Origin: Archaeoglobaceae archaeon
GTDB taxonomy: Archaea > Halobacteriota > Archaeoglobi > Archaeoglobales > Archaeoglobaceae
Assembly: GCA_027036775.1 (NCBI GenBank)
Contig: JALWDS010000044.1
Span: forward strand, 6,260 to 70,259
DNA: 64,000 nt
Reading direction: 5' to 3'
Shown piece by piece: positions 22,565-31,799 of this stretch. Made by a program: the position numbers and the translations under genes. Position 1 is the stretch's first letter. Each line of letters opens with the position of its first letter. The notes under the pieces were generated by a model that did no database searches, was not told the origin of the DNA, and saw only the letters and a list, made by a program, of their open reading frames with translations.

Positions 22565-22918
22565 AAGTATCTTTTCTACTTCCTTCCTGATCCTCTTCCC
22601 CGCAACCCTGCACGCATCTGGCGGAGCTTCGCCCTTTGCAATAGCCAGCGCACACTGGTAGCAGTTGTCGTATCCGCACGCTCCGCAATCCCTCTTTGGT
22701 AACAGCTCGTATATCCTTTCGGCCTTTTCAATAACCTCTGGAGATTCTCTCGCAAACAAACTCTTGACTGCGGATATTGGCTTTGAGATCACCTGAGATA
22801 GACCTCCACCGAAACCAACGTTTCCTCTACCCCATCTACCCATTCCTCTACCTCTTCTCCATCCTAAACCCTTTCCCCACCTATGTCTTCTCCTACACCT
22901 CCTACCCCAACCGTTCAT
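22556..22918 (-). CDS. Fe-S cluster-binding protein (RnfB N-terminal-like CX2CX4CX16C domain) with an Arg/Gly/Trp-rich N-terminus
   Basis: LPKRDCGACGYDNCYQCALAIAKGEAPPDAC preceded by MNGWGRRCRRRHRWGKGLGWRRGRGMGRWGRGNVGFGGG. Confidence 0.55.
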   Translation of the reverse strand: MNGWGRRCRRRHRWGKGLGWRRGRGMGRWGRGNVGFGGGLSQVISKPISAVKSLFARESPEVIEKAERIYELLPKRDCGACGYDNCYQCALAIAKGEAPPDACRVAGKRIRKEVEKILSQ

Positions 22919-23002
22919 CTGCGAGGGTTGAACCGAAATTATATAGTCCTTTCGGTCAGCCTAAAATTGAAAGCGTTTAAAAGTGAAACCCCAACTACCA
23001 AC

Positions 23003-24229
23003 GTGAAAATAGCTATAGTGGGTGCTGGATTGACAGGTTTGAGCTGTGCTATGGAGCTTAGGGATTACAATCCGACGATTTTCGAGTGTTGTGACGTCGG
23101 AGGTCTTTTATCTTATTGCGACAGGGGTTACAGGATAGAGAAATTTTATCACCACTTCTTCAGGTGGGACGAGGACTTGCTCGATTTGATTAAAAGGTTG
23201 GGTTTGTCGAGCAGGGTCGTTTGGAAGGTAACGAGAACTGGATTCATGATAAACGGAAAAGTCCATCCTCTAAATACACCTATCGAGATACTCAGATACC
23301 CACACTTAAGCCTTTTTGACAAGTTGAAACTTGCGATTTTCACTTTAAAAAGCAGAGGGAGGGATTACACGTTCTACGACGACGTCGGAGTTTTGGATGG
23401 AATAAGGGATGAGCTTGGAGAGAGACTGCTGAACAATTTTTTCATGCCACTTTTAAAGGCGAAGTTCGGTGAGAACTACGATAAAGTCAGCTACGCTTGG
23501 CTTTTGGCGAGGGTTGCAATAAGGAGCAACAGAAAGCTTAGAGGTGAGGAGTTGGGATACTTGAAGGGCGGTTTCTGGCAGTTGGTGGAGAGAATGGCCG
23601 AAGGTGTTGAAGTGATTAAAAAGAGAGTAGATAATGTAGGTTACTTGAACGGAAAGTTTTACATACGCGGAACGGAGTTCGACGCTGTCGTTTGGACCGC
23701 CCCCCTACCCCTATTGGACAAAAAAATCGCGGAAATGTTGGAATTACCCAAAATAAATTATCAAAGCTCTATATGTGCCCTCCTCGGATGCAAAGAGAGT
23801 TTCAGCGATCTCTATTGGATAAACGTCGATAACGCGATTTTTGGTGCGATAATAGAGCACACGAACTTCATGCCCTTCGAGGATTACGGGGAGCACTTGA
23901 TATACTTGGCAAGTTACACGACACCTGAAGGCGATCTCTTCAAAATGAGCGAGAGGGATTTGGCCAATCTGTATCTGAAGGAGTTCGAGAGGTTGGGTAT
24001 GGACAGGAGAAAGGTAAGGTGGATAAAGGTTTTTAAAGCGAGATACTCCGCCCCTATTTACGAAACTGGGTATTTGAAAAAGATAGTCCCCTACAGAACG
24101 AAATTGAAGGGCTTTTACTTGGCCGGAATGTTCTCGAAACCCAACTACCCGGAGAGGAGCATGAACGGGAGTGTTAAGGCTGGGATCGAAGTTGCAAGGG
24201 TTTTAAAGGAGGATTTCGGGCTTAGCTAA
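23003..24229 (+). CDS. FAD/NAD(P)-dependent oxidoreductase (amine oxidase / protoporphyrinogen oxidase-like)
   Basis: Start refined to the GTG at 23003 (VKIAIVGAGLTGLSCA dinucleotide-binding motif). The track's upstream extension overlaps the convergent gene. Confidence 0.7.
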   Translation: MKIAIVGAGLTGLSCAMELRDYNPTIFECCDVGGLLSYCDRGYRIEKFYHHFFRWDEDLLDLIKRLGLSSRVVWKVTRTGFMINGKVHPLNTPIEILRYPHLSLFDKLKLAIFTLKSRGRDYTFYDDVGVLDGIRDELGERLLNNFFMPLLKAKFGENYDKVSYAWLLARVAIRSNRKLRGEELGYLKGGFWQLVERMAEGVEVIKKRVDNVGYLNGKFYIRGTEFDAVVWTAPLPLLDKKIAEMLELPKINYQSSICALLGCKESFSDLYWINVDNAIFGAIIEHTNFMPFEDYGEHLIYLASYTTPEGDLFKMSERDLANLYLKEFERLGMDRRKVRWIKVFKARYSAPIYETGYLKKIVPYRTKLKGFYLAGMFSKPNYPERSMNGSVKAGIEVARVLKEDFGLS

Positions 24230-25270
24230 CTTCAACACGTCACCTTCAACCTTTATTAAGGGTGTTAGACGTTCGAGAACTTCCTTAGACCTCAAACACT
24301 TCAAAAACAGCTTTTCGTGAAACCTCAAAGCCTTTTTAATAGGTCTTGGTAATTCGTTCAAATCTTCTCCGAAGAGGTAGCCTTCAAACTCGAGATCGTT
24401 CAAACTCACCTCGCCCCTCTTAACCAAAACCCTGTAAACCTCCCTCAAAGTAGGCCTTATCTTGCAATCTATCATGTGAAGTCCACAGCAGTTGGCACTC
24501 TCCAAGTGGAAGTATCCTTCTTTGCACAGACCGAAGTCCAAACCGAATTTCTTGCAAGCCCTACTCAAATCCTCAAGGATTTCGTAGCAATCCGCCTTCA
24601 GAAGTTCTCCCTCAAAAGAGTAGGGACTCCACCTATCCCAGAACTTGCTGTAGAAATCTATTTCACCCCTCTCGATTCTTAACGGTTCCGTAGTTATCTG
24701 ATCGACCGAATCTTTAACGCTTTCAACAAACCCGTGAGCGTCTTCGAAGGAGTAGTTCGGAATTAAGGGCTGTAGTCTGAGAACCTTGGGGGCGTCTAAA
24801 CCCTCCAAAGCCTTCAACCTCTCCCTCGGGTGCGGAGCTTTAGGTTCCAAATCGTTTCTCTCAAGCGAGCTTACGGAAATCTGAACTACAATCAAATCGT
24901 CCTTGGCCATCTCCTCTATCGTTCCTCTCCAAGGATTTCTTGCAATCCTGTCCGATTTCGTGCAGAGGACTATCGAAATTCCGTTTTCCTTGGCGATCTT
25001 CATTAGCTTGAGTGAAACCTTTGCGATCTCTTCAACATCCTGAAGGGGATCACTCAGAGTCGCCAACCTGAAGGGAACTTTTAAGTCCAACCTCTTCGCA
25101 ACCTTTGCAAACATCCCTATGGCTTTAGCCCTTGGCTTTATCCTTCCTCCCCTATACCATCTGGCGTAACAATATCTGCAAGAGTATCCGCAGTTCGTGT
25201 AAGGTTCAAGCCTCAAAACGGAGTAGCAGAGGGGACTTATTATCTTGGACGGATTTATTGCCAACTCCAT
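24203..25270 (-). CDS. Radical SAM protein (SplB/COG1533-like)
   Basis: CGYSCRYCY CX3CX2C motif near the N-terminus. No SPASM-type Cys cluster is visible. Confidence 0.75.
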   Translation of the reverse strand: MELAINPSKIISPLCYSVLRLEPYTNCGYSCRYCYARWYRGGRIKPRAKAIGMFAKVAKRLDLKVPFRLATLSDPLQDVEEIAKVSLKLMKIAKENGISIVLCTKSDRIARNPWRGTIEEMAKDDLIVVQISVSSLERNDLEPKAPHPRERLKALEGLDAPKVLRLQPLIPNYSFEDAHGFVESVKDSVDQITTEPLRIERGEIDFYSKFWDRWSPYSFEGELLKADCYEILEDLSRACKKFGLDFGLCKEGYFHLESANCCGLHMIDCKIRPTLREVYRVLVKRGEVSLNDLEFEGYLFGEDLNELPRPIKKALRFHEKLFLKCLRSKEVLERLTPLIKVEGDVLKLAKPEILL

Positions 25271-25271
25271 G

Positions 25272-25538
25272 CTAGGCGGGTTTTATGTCTATCTCAACGA
25301 CGTCTCCAACCTTCAGATCGAGCGTGCAGTAGGTGTCGTATTCGAGGGTCACGAAGCCGTCGAAGTTTAATGCCTCCTCTATCTTTCTCGCTATGTTCAT
25401 CCCCATCTGCATGCTGAACTCGATCATTCTCTCTGGTGAGTCTATCTTGGGTAAAACCGTTGCGTTGCTCTTCATCTTTTTGAAGTAAACGACAACCTCA
25501 TCGTCCTTCAGCTCTATTCTGACGATCTTATACTTCAT
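25272..25538 (-). CDS. Hypothetical 88-aa protein
   Basis: The stop (TAG) is separated from the radical SAM ATG by 1 nt. No recognisable motif. Confidence 0.5.
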   Translation of the reverse strand: MKYKIVRIELKDDEVVVYFKKMKSNATVLPKIDSPERMIEFSMQMGMNIARKIEEALNFDGFVTLEYDTYCTLDLKVGDVVEIDIKPA

Positions 25539-25562
25539 GAAGGGCTATCTTCCGCTTGACTT

Positions 25563-26564
25563 TTAAACGTTGAGTTTGAATGGAACGGGGGTGAAGCACG
25601 ACAAACCTATTGCGAACGTCACAACTCCAATACAAATCCTCTTGAAGTCGAGAGGGCTTTCGTCCTCCATCCTCGGATGAGGGTGCATTGCGAAAAACAC
25701 CGTAATTAGCCCCCAGAAGAACCATATCGGTGATCTCGTTAAAAAACCGAGGGCTATGAGTAGGAGAGGTATGAACTTCGAGACGTAATCCGCCTTTTCA
25801 CCTACCATGGCCCTCAAGACGTGACCCCCGTCAAGCTGTCCGACCGGGATTAGATTGAGGAACGTGACGAACATCCCCACCCATCCAGCGAAGGCGACTG
25901 GATGAATGAAGTATCCCTTGAAGTTTGCAAGTTTTGCTATGAAGTCGAATAGGGGTGGTATCCCGAGTATTATGTAAGTTCCACCGCCGTTGGCGACGAA
26001 CCTCATCTTCAAACCGATGTATGTGACAACAATCGACGCGATTATCCCAAAGATGGGTCCAGATACTCCGACGTCAAACAGAGCCTTTCTATTTGGAATA
26101 ACACCCCTGTGCCTTATAACCGCCCCGAGGGTTCCTATCAAACTCGGGAAGGGGATGAAGTAAGGTAGAGACGTCTTCATCCCCCACCTTCTCGCGAAAA
26201 TGTAGTGACCCATCTCGTGAAATCCCAAGACGAACATTATTGCCAAGGAGAACTCCATCCCTCCTATCAGATCGAACTTCCCGAACATCGTCGCTCCCAT
26301 TACGGTGGTAGAAACGAATGTCGCAATCAGTAAGGCTACGTTTACCCAAATCCTCTCCCTATACTCCTTCAGCTCGAGAACGAAACCGCTGGAAGTTGAA
26401 ATAACCCTTACGTCGTATCTGTCGCCCATCCTCCTAAGGAGTTTTTGAAGTCCCTCGAAGTCCACGGGGTATATGAAAAATCTGACGCCATCCTTAAATT
26501 TCTCCTGACCGTAAACGATTGCAAACCTTTCAATCTCCGATCTCAACGTATCCGTCATACGCAT
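25563..26564 (-). CDS. Site-2 protease family (M50) membrane metalloprotease
   Basis: HEMGHY (HExxH) in a TM segment and NLIPVGQLDGGH (the second zinc-ligand motif). Confidence 0.85.
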   Translation of the reverse strand: MRMTDTLRSEIERFAIVYGQEKFKDGVRFFIYPVDFEGLQKLLRRMGDRYDVRVISTSSGFVLELKEYRERIWVNVALLIATFVSTTVMGATMFGKFDLIGGMEFSLAIMFVLGFHEMGHYIFARRWGMKTSLPYFIPFPSLIGTLGAVIRHRGVIPNRKALFDVGVSGPIFGIIASIVVTYIGLKMRFVANGGGTYIILGIPPLFDFIAKLANFKGYFIHPVAFAGWVGMFVTFLNLIPVGQLDGGHVLRAMVGEKADYVSKFIPLLLIALGFLTRSPIWFFWGLITVFFAMHPHPRMEDESPLDFKRICIGVVTFAIGLSCFTPVPFKLNV

Positions 26565-26931
26565 TGACTATCACGTGATCTCCGCTCTTAAAAATACGTA
26601 GCGGATCTTTCTCCAACCTGTCCATGAGAGGTATCTCCGCTATTATAGCCCCCACCGCAATTATCGGCTCGGTTTCGACGTTTATTATGGCCTTTGGAGC
26701 TGTTCCCTTCTTCTTCATCCTCAAGAGAACGTAAGTTCCGACGGTCGAACCCCTTCCCTTTGGAAAAACGAAGATCTTTTTAGATATCCTCTCTCCGAAG
26801 ATGTCGCTGTCCTCCGCAACAACTTCTCCCGTTTCGACATCAACGTCACCCAAAAACGAAAACTTCCTTCCGCTCACGACAACCTCACCCTCGGCGTAAC
26901 CCTTTGATATAACCCTCCCCCTGACCTTCAC
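26530..26931 (-). CDS. DUF126 / aconitase X swivel-domain protein (small subunit of AcnX-type dehydratase)
   Basis: 133 aa. KGYAEGEVVVS...FVFPKGRGSTVGTYVLLRMKKKGTAPKAII pattern. No large subunit adjacent. Confidence 0.6.
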   Translation of the reverse strand: MKVRGRVISKGYAEGEVVVSGRKFSFLGDVDVETGEVVAEDSDIFGERISKKIFVFPKGRGSTVGTYVLLRMKKKGTAPKAIINVETEPIIAVGAIIAEIPLMDRLEKDPLRIFKSGDHVIVNAYDGYVEIGD

Positions 26932-26962
26932 AATCCGTAAAGACTTCGATCGTTTAAAACGT

Positions 26963-28108
26963 TTACTTGGTGTAAGCGTCGTATCTCGCCTTTACCTCCT
27001 CAGGTGTCAAGGCTCGATTCCAAACGTATACTTCGTCTATAACGCCTCCAAAAGACGGGTATCCGGGGGCACCACCGATTGCGGTAACGTAATCAGTCTT
27101 AACAGCTTTAGCTGGCAACGACTTCGAATCGACGAGCTTCCCGTTTACGTAAAGCTTAACTGACCTTCCGTCCGAAGTTAACACCACGTAATACCACGAG
27201 TCCCTCTTTAAGAGGTATCCGGTGTAACCGCCAACTCGACCCGATAACGTATAGACGTAGTAGCCCAGATCGGCGGAGTTTGGATCGCTTGTCCCAACGA
27301 ACAGCCACACCTTGTATCCGTATGTGTAGTTGCCAACGTAGATTATCGTCTTTCCCCATCCCGTTTCACCCTCCCACTTTATCCACGCTTCGTAGGTGAA
27401 CGTGTTTCCCGTCTCTATCGCGTGAACAGCGTTATCGTAGAACGAAAACAGATAAAGCAAACCCTTAGACGAGCTCCAAAACCTGTAAGCCATGCCGTTA
27501 ATTCCCCTTGCCCAAGCGGAATTCAAATCGTTCCAGCCAGCGATGTCCAAGTCTCTTCCGTTTCCGCTCAAGTCGAAAACTTCCCTCTTGTTCGCTGGAA
27601 GAGACGTGACCAACGTCCTGTTGAAACCTTCAAAGTGCCACTCCGCCATCAAACCGTTTTCCGCACTCTTGACGACCGACTTTTTAACCGTAACTTCTTT
27701 GCTGTAAATTACCGAACCCCATTCACCAGAAAATAGGGACATCCCACCCACACCGATTGAAATCCAAATCTCCTGACCAACCTTGCTCCCCACTGGAACT
27801 ACCTCTACCCCTTCGTCTCCAGCGTGCATGACACCCTTTTTTGTGAACGGATGGAATTTGAACGTTCTACCGTTGACGGTTAAGAACATCTGCTCGTTGT
27901 TAAAGATGAGAGGATCGCCTCCGAGATGTCTTACGTATATCTTGGTTGCGTTTGCTTTATCTACAGTGTATGCTTCGACATCAAGCATGACGTTTGGAGA
28001 GGGATGAAAGTAAACGTTCGAGAGTTTGAAAATTGCGGTAACGAGTATGACCGTTATCAAAAGCATCATCAAAATTCCGACAGTTTGAGAGATCGAACGG
28101 TTATCCAT
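26963..28108 (-). CDS. Secreted protein with an archaeal type IV pilin-like (class III) signal and a LamG/concanavalin-like domain
   Basis: N-terminus MDNRSISQTVGILMMLLITVILVTAIF (DUF1628-like). C-terminal FDLSGNGRDL...IDEVYVWNRALTPEEV is typical of Laminin_G_3 domains. Confidence 0.7.
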   Translation of the reverse strand: MDNRSISQTVGILMMLLITVILVTAIFKLSNVYFHPSPNVMLDVEAYTVDKANATKIYVRHLGGDPLIFNNEQMFLTVNGRTFKFHPFTKKGVMHAGDEGVEVVPVGSKVGQEIWISIGVGGMSLFSGEWGSVIYSKEVTVKKSVVKSAENGLMAEWHFEGFNRTLVTSLPANKREVFDLSGNGRDLDIAGWNDLNSAWARGINGMAYRFWSSSKGLLYLFSFYDNAVHAIETGNTFTYEAWIKWEGETGWGKTIIYVGNYTYGYKVWLFVGTSDPNSADLGYYVYTLSGRVGGYTGYLLKRDSWYYVVLTSDGRSVKLYVNGKLVDSKSLPAKAVKTDYVTAIGGAPGYPSFGGVIDEVYVWNRALTPEEVKARYDAYTK

Positions 28109-28188
28109 CGGCTAACATTCGATCCTAATTATTTGTATTTTACTCAACTGAGCGATGTTTTTATAATCAAATGGTCGAACGGGATGCG

Positions 28189-29763
28189 ATGAAAGTTTTG
28201 GTTGCGGATCCGATAGCGGAAGAGGCTATAGATTTCATGAGGAAGAACGGACTCGAAGTTGACGTTAAAACCGACATCTCTCACGAGGAACTGTTGGACA
28301 TAGTAAGGGATTACGACGCCTTGATAGTGAGGAGCAGAACCAAGGTTACGAGGGATGTTATAGAGAGAGCGGAGAAGCTTAAAATCATAGGAAGGGCTGG
28401 GGTTGGAGTTGACAACATAGACGTGAGCTTTGCAACGGAAAGGGGGATAGTAGTTGTTAACGCTCCGGGTGGAAACAGCGTTTCCGCTGCGGAACACACG
28501 ATCGGTTTGATAATCTCTCTCGTTAGGAAGATCCCTCAGGCTGATAGAAGCGTTAAGGAGGGGAAGTGGGAGAGAAAGAAGTTTGTTGGAATCGAGTTGA
28601 GGGGTAAGACATTGGGTATAATAGGTTTGGGTAGGATCGGTTACGAAGTAGCCAAGAGGATGAGATGCTTCGAGATGAACATACTGGCTTACGATCCCTA
28701 CGTTAGCGAGGAGAGGGCTAAAAGCGTTGGAGCCAAGTTGGTTGACCTTGAGGAGCTCTTGAAGAATTCGGATATAATAACGATCCACGTTCCAAAAACT
28801 AAGGAGACTGAGAAGATGATATCCTACAGGGAGTTCGAAATGATGAAGGACGGAGTTTACATAGTGAACGCTGCGAGGGGTGGGATAGTAGATGAAAGGG
28901 CCCTATACGACGCTATAGTGAGCAGTAAGGTTGCCGGAGCGGCTTTGGACGTTTACGAGAGGGAACCGCCAGATAAGGACAACCCCCTTCTGAAGCTTGA
29001 AAACGTGGTCACGACTCCTCACATTGGTGCATCGACGAGAGAGGCTCAGATGATAGTCGGAATGACCGTAGCAGAGGATATAGTGAACTTCTTCAAGGGA
29101 CTCCCCGTTAAGAACGCGGTAAACCTACCGAGCGTCGCTCCGGAGGATTACAGCTACCTCATGCCCTTCGTCGAATTGGCTGAAAAGATGGGTAAGATTG
29201 CGTGTGCGAGGTTGAACGGCGTTTTCAACAGGGTTAAGATAACCTTTAGGGGTGAGATAGCAAGGAGAAATACTGAAATAGTTACGAGGGCTTTACTCAT
29301 GGGACTTTTAAATCAAATCCTTTCGGGTGTCAACATAGTTTCGGCACCCATCGTAGCCAAGGAGAGGGGTATCGTGGTGGAGCAGAGTAGAATTGAGGAA
29401 TCTGACATCTATCCGAGTTTGATTGAAGTTACGGTTTCTAACGGGAAGGAGATATATTTGGAGGGGACATGCTTCGGTGAGGAGTGTAGGATATTGAAGA
29501 TAGACAAATACAAGGTTGACTTCGTTCCGAAGGGTCACTACATCATATCTCTCCACGAAGATAAACCCGGTGTAATAGGTAGGGTCGGAACACTCTTGGG
29601 AAGCTACAACATAAACATAGCGGGTATGATAGTTGGAAGGCACGGAGGTAAGGGGGGAATACAGCTCATGCTCCTACTTTTAGACGATCCGCCAAGTGAG
29701 GAGGTTTTGAGGAAGATGGTCGAACTGGAAAGTATAATAGACGCGACTTACGTCTATCTATGA
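28189..29763 (+). CDS. serA: D-3-phosphoglycerate dehydrogenase
   Basis: Start refined to MKVLVADPI, with TATA TTTTTATAAT at 28158-28167. Contains GIIGLGRIGYEVA, the catalytic R/E/H region and a C-terminal ACT domain. Confidence 0.9.
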   Translation: MKVLVADPIAEEAIDFMRKNGLEVDVKTDISHEELLDIVRDYDALIVRSRTKVTRDVIERAEKLKIIGRAGVGVDNIDVSFATERGIVVVNAPGGNSVSAAEHTIGLIISLVRKIPQADRSVKEGKWERKKFVGIELRGKTLGIIGLGRIGYEVAKRMRCFEMNILAYDPYVSEERAKSVGAKLVDLEELLKNSDIITIHVPKTKETEKMISYREFEMMKDGVYIVNAARGGIVDERALYDAIVSSKVAGAALDVYEREPPDKDNPLLKLENVVTTPHIGASTREAQMIVGMTVAEDIVNFFKGLPVKNAVNLPSVAPEDYSYLMPFVELAEKMGKIACARLNGVFNRVKITFRGEIARRNTEIVTRALLMGLLNQILSGVNIVSAPIVAKERGIVVEQSRIEESDIYPSLIEVTVSNGKEIYLEGTCFGEECRILKIDKYKVDFVPKGHYIISLHEDKPGVIGRVGTLLGSYNINIAGMIVGRHGGKGGIQLMLLLLDDPPSEEVLRKMVELESIIDATYVYL

Positions 29764-30338
29764 TGAAGGTCGTCGAATACTGTGACGTGTGCGACGATGA
29801 AACTGAGCACGAGGTTGTTAGGGAGGACAAGCACCTCTACAGGTGTAGGGTCTGCGGTAGCGTGAGGCAGATAACACCCGAGAGGGAGGTAAGCGTTAAG
29901 GCCATAGTAAGCACATCGGGCGAGAGCGAGGTCGGTAGGGTTAGGGTTAAGGAGAGCGAGGTCTTCAGGATCGGTGAAGAGATAGTCGTCGAGGTGGGTG
30001 ACGAGGTTAAGGTCGGTGAGATAAGGGCGATAGAGCTTAGAGACGGTAAGAGGGTTGAGTTTGCAATTGCCAAAGACGTTTACGCCCTGTGGCTTAGGAA
30101 CGTTGGAGAAGTCGATGTAAAGTTCAGTTTGCACAAGGGTGCGGTAACAACGCCCTACAAGATGAGAACAACTGGGGAAACGGAATTCGAGATCGGTGAG
30201 AGGATAAACATAGACAACTACGTGTTCAGGATAACGAGGATAAAGAGGTTGGACGGCAAACTCCTAAAGAGGAGGGGTGAAAAGGCGAAGGCCAAGGAGA
30301 TAAAGAGAATTTACGCCATGTTCGAGAGGAAGGTATGA
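29760..30338 (+). CDS. Archaeal zinc-finger protein (COG1326-like)
   Basis: CDVCDDETEH...YRCRVCGS N-terminal zinc ribbon. Overlaps serA by 4 nt. Confidence 0.5.
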   Translation: MMKVVEYCDVCDDETEHEVVREDKHLYRCRVCGSVRQITPEREVSVKAIVSTSGESEVGRVRVKESEVFRIGEEIVVEVGDEVKVGEIRAIELRDGKRVEFAIAKDVYALWLRNVGEVDVKFSLHKGAVTTPYKMRTTGETEFEIGERINIDNYVFRITRIKRLDGKLLKRRGEKAKAKEIKRIYAMFERKV

Positions 30339-31213
30339 GGTTCAGAGATTTTGTGGAAGTTAAAGATCATTACCTCTCGGTTCTTAAGGGTGGAAACCCG
30401 ATAGTTTGCGTTCTGAGATACGCTCCAAACGGGGATAGGGTTAAGGACGGAAAAAACTACGGGAAGGTTGACCACTCCGAAGCTGGTAAATACCTTTCAG
30501 AGTTTTACAGAGATGGACTGCACTACATTCCCTTGGAAATTGTTGATAGGCACTACGACGCCATGAAGATGTTGAGAGAAGTTTGCGAGAGGGACGAATG
30601 CGTTAAAAGGGTGGCCGATTTCTTCAAACTTGAAAAGATGGGTGTGACTGGTTCAAGACTCGTAGGGTTGGCCAAAGACGATTCGGATGTCGACTTCGTT
30701 TTGTATGACGAATGTTTTGATATTGGTAGGGAGATGATAAGGAGGGGAATTGAAAGGGGGATTTTGGACGAACCCGACTTCGAGGAGGTTTACAGGAAGA
30801 GGAAGGTTTCCCTACCATACGAGGTTTTTGAAGTTCACGAAAGGAGAAAGTTTAATAAAGCGGTTTTGAACGGAGTTAGGTTCGACATACTCTACGTCGG
30901 GGGAGACGTTAGGTTGGTGAGGGGCAAGAGGGTTGGGAAGTTGACCGTTAGGGGGAGAGTAGTTGAGGCGAAACCCTTCGATTACCCCGCGGTTTACAGG
31001 TTGAACGATTGCGAGATACTATGTTACACGCACACCTTCGTAGGTCAGGCCTTCGTTGGGGAATTTGTTGAGGCGAGGGGCGTTTTGGAGGTTTTGAACG
31101 GTAACAGAATCTTGATAGTGGGAAGTAGGAGGGACGTTGAAGACGAATATGTCGTATCTCTAACGCTTCTCGAGAGGGAGGGGATTTGGTATGATTTCGA
31201 AAGGCTCAAGTAG
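30335..31213 (+). CDS. Predicted nucleotidyltransferase (Pol-beta fold, COG1665-like)
   Basis: GVTGSRLVGLAKDDSDVDFVLY (G-S ... D-x-D motif). Confidence 0.55.
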   Translation: MRFRDFVEVKDHYLSVLKGGNPIVCVLRYAPNGDRVKDGKNYGKVDHSEAGKYLSEFYRDGLHYIPLEIVDRHYDAMKMLREVCERDECVKRVADFFKLEKMGVTGSRLVGLAKDDSDVDFVLYDECFDIGREMIRRGIERGILDEPDFEEVYRKRKVSLPYEVFEVHERRKFNKAVLNGVRFDILYVGGDVRLVRGKRVGKLTVRGRVVEAKPFDYPAVYRLNDCEILCYTHTFVGQAFVGEFVEARGVLEVLNGNRILIVGSRRDVEDEYVVSLTLLEREGIWYDFERLK

Positions 31214-31799
31214 GTTTAACAGACCTCTTGTGGTGGGTGAGAACTTGATAAGGTTTTTGGATAAGGTGGTGGAGCACATACAGGACGTTAAGAGAAACTT
31301 GGACTTCAAAAAGATAGAGGAGTTCATATCCGCACTGGAAGATGCGAGGAGTGTTTTCGTCATGGGTGCTGGGAGGAGCGGTTTTGTAGCTAAGGCGTTT
31401 GCCATGCGTTTGATGCACTTGGGATACAACGTTTACGTTGTTGGAGAAACCGTAACTCCGAGGATAAAGCCCGAAGACTTACTCATTGCAATATCGGGCT
31501 CTGGAGAAACACTGTCCGTTGTCAACATAAGCAGGAAGGCTAAGGAGGAGATAGGTTCGAAACTCGTGGCGGTAACCCAGAGACCCAACTCAACTCTTGC
31601 GAAGATGAGCGACATAGTTATAGTCCTAAAGGGTAAAACCAAAGACGACAGAAATCACGAGCTTTCAAAACTCGCGCCCCTCGGAACACTCTTCGAGCTA
31701 ACCGCTCTGATATTCTTGGACGGATTGGTTGCGGAAATAATGAACATGAAGGAGCTTACGGAGGAGGATTTGGCCGAGAGGCATGCGGTTTTGGAGTAA
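31191..31799 (+). CDS. 6-phospho-3-hexuloisomerase (SIS domain)
   Basis: VFVMGAGRSGFVAKAFAMRLMHLG and AISGSGET. Confidence 0.75.
   Translation: MISKGSSRFNRPLVVGENLIRFLDKVVEHIQDVKRNLDFKKIEEFISALEDARSVFVMGAGRSGFVAKAFAMRLMHLGYNVYVVGETVTPRIKPEDLLIAISGSGETLSVVNISRKAKEEIGSKLVAVTQRPNSTLAKMSDIVIVLKGKTKDDRNHELSKLAPLGTLFELTALIFLDGLVAEIMNMKELTEEDLAERHAVLE

Noticed and set aside
28144-28788. 214-aa minus-strand ORF.
   Set aside because: Lies entirely antisense to the well-supported serA gene and has no recognisable motifs.
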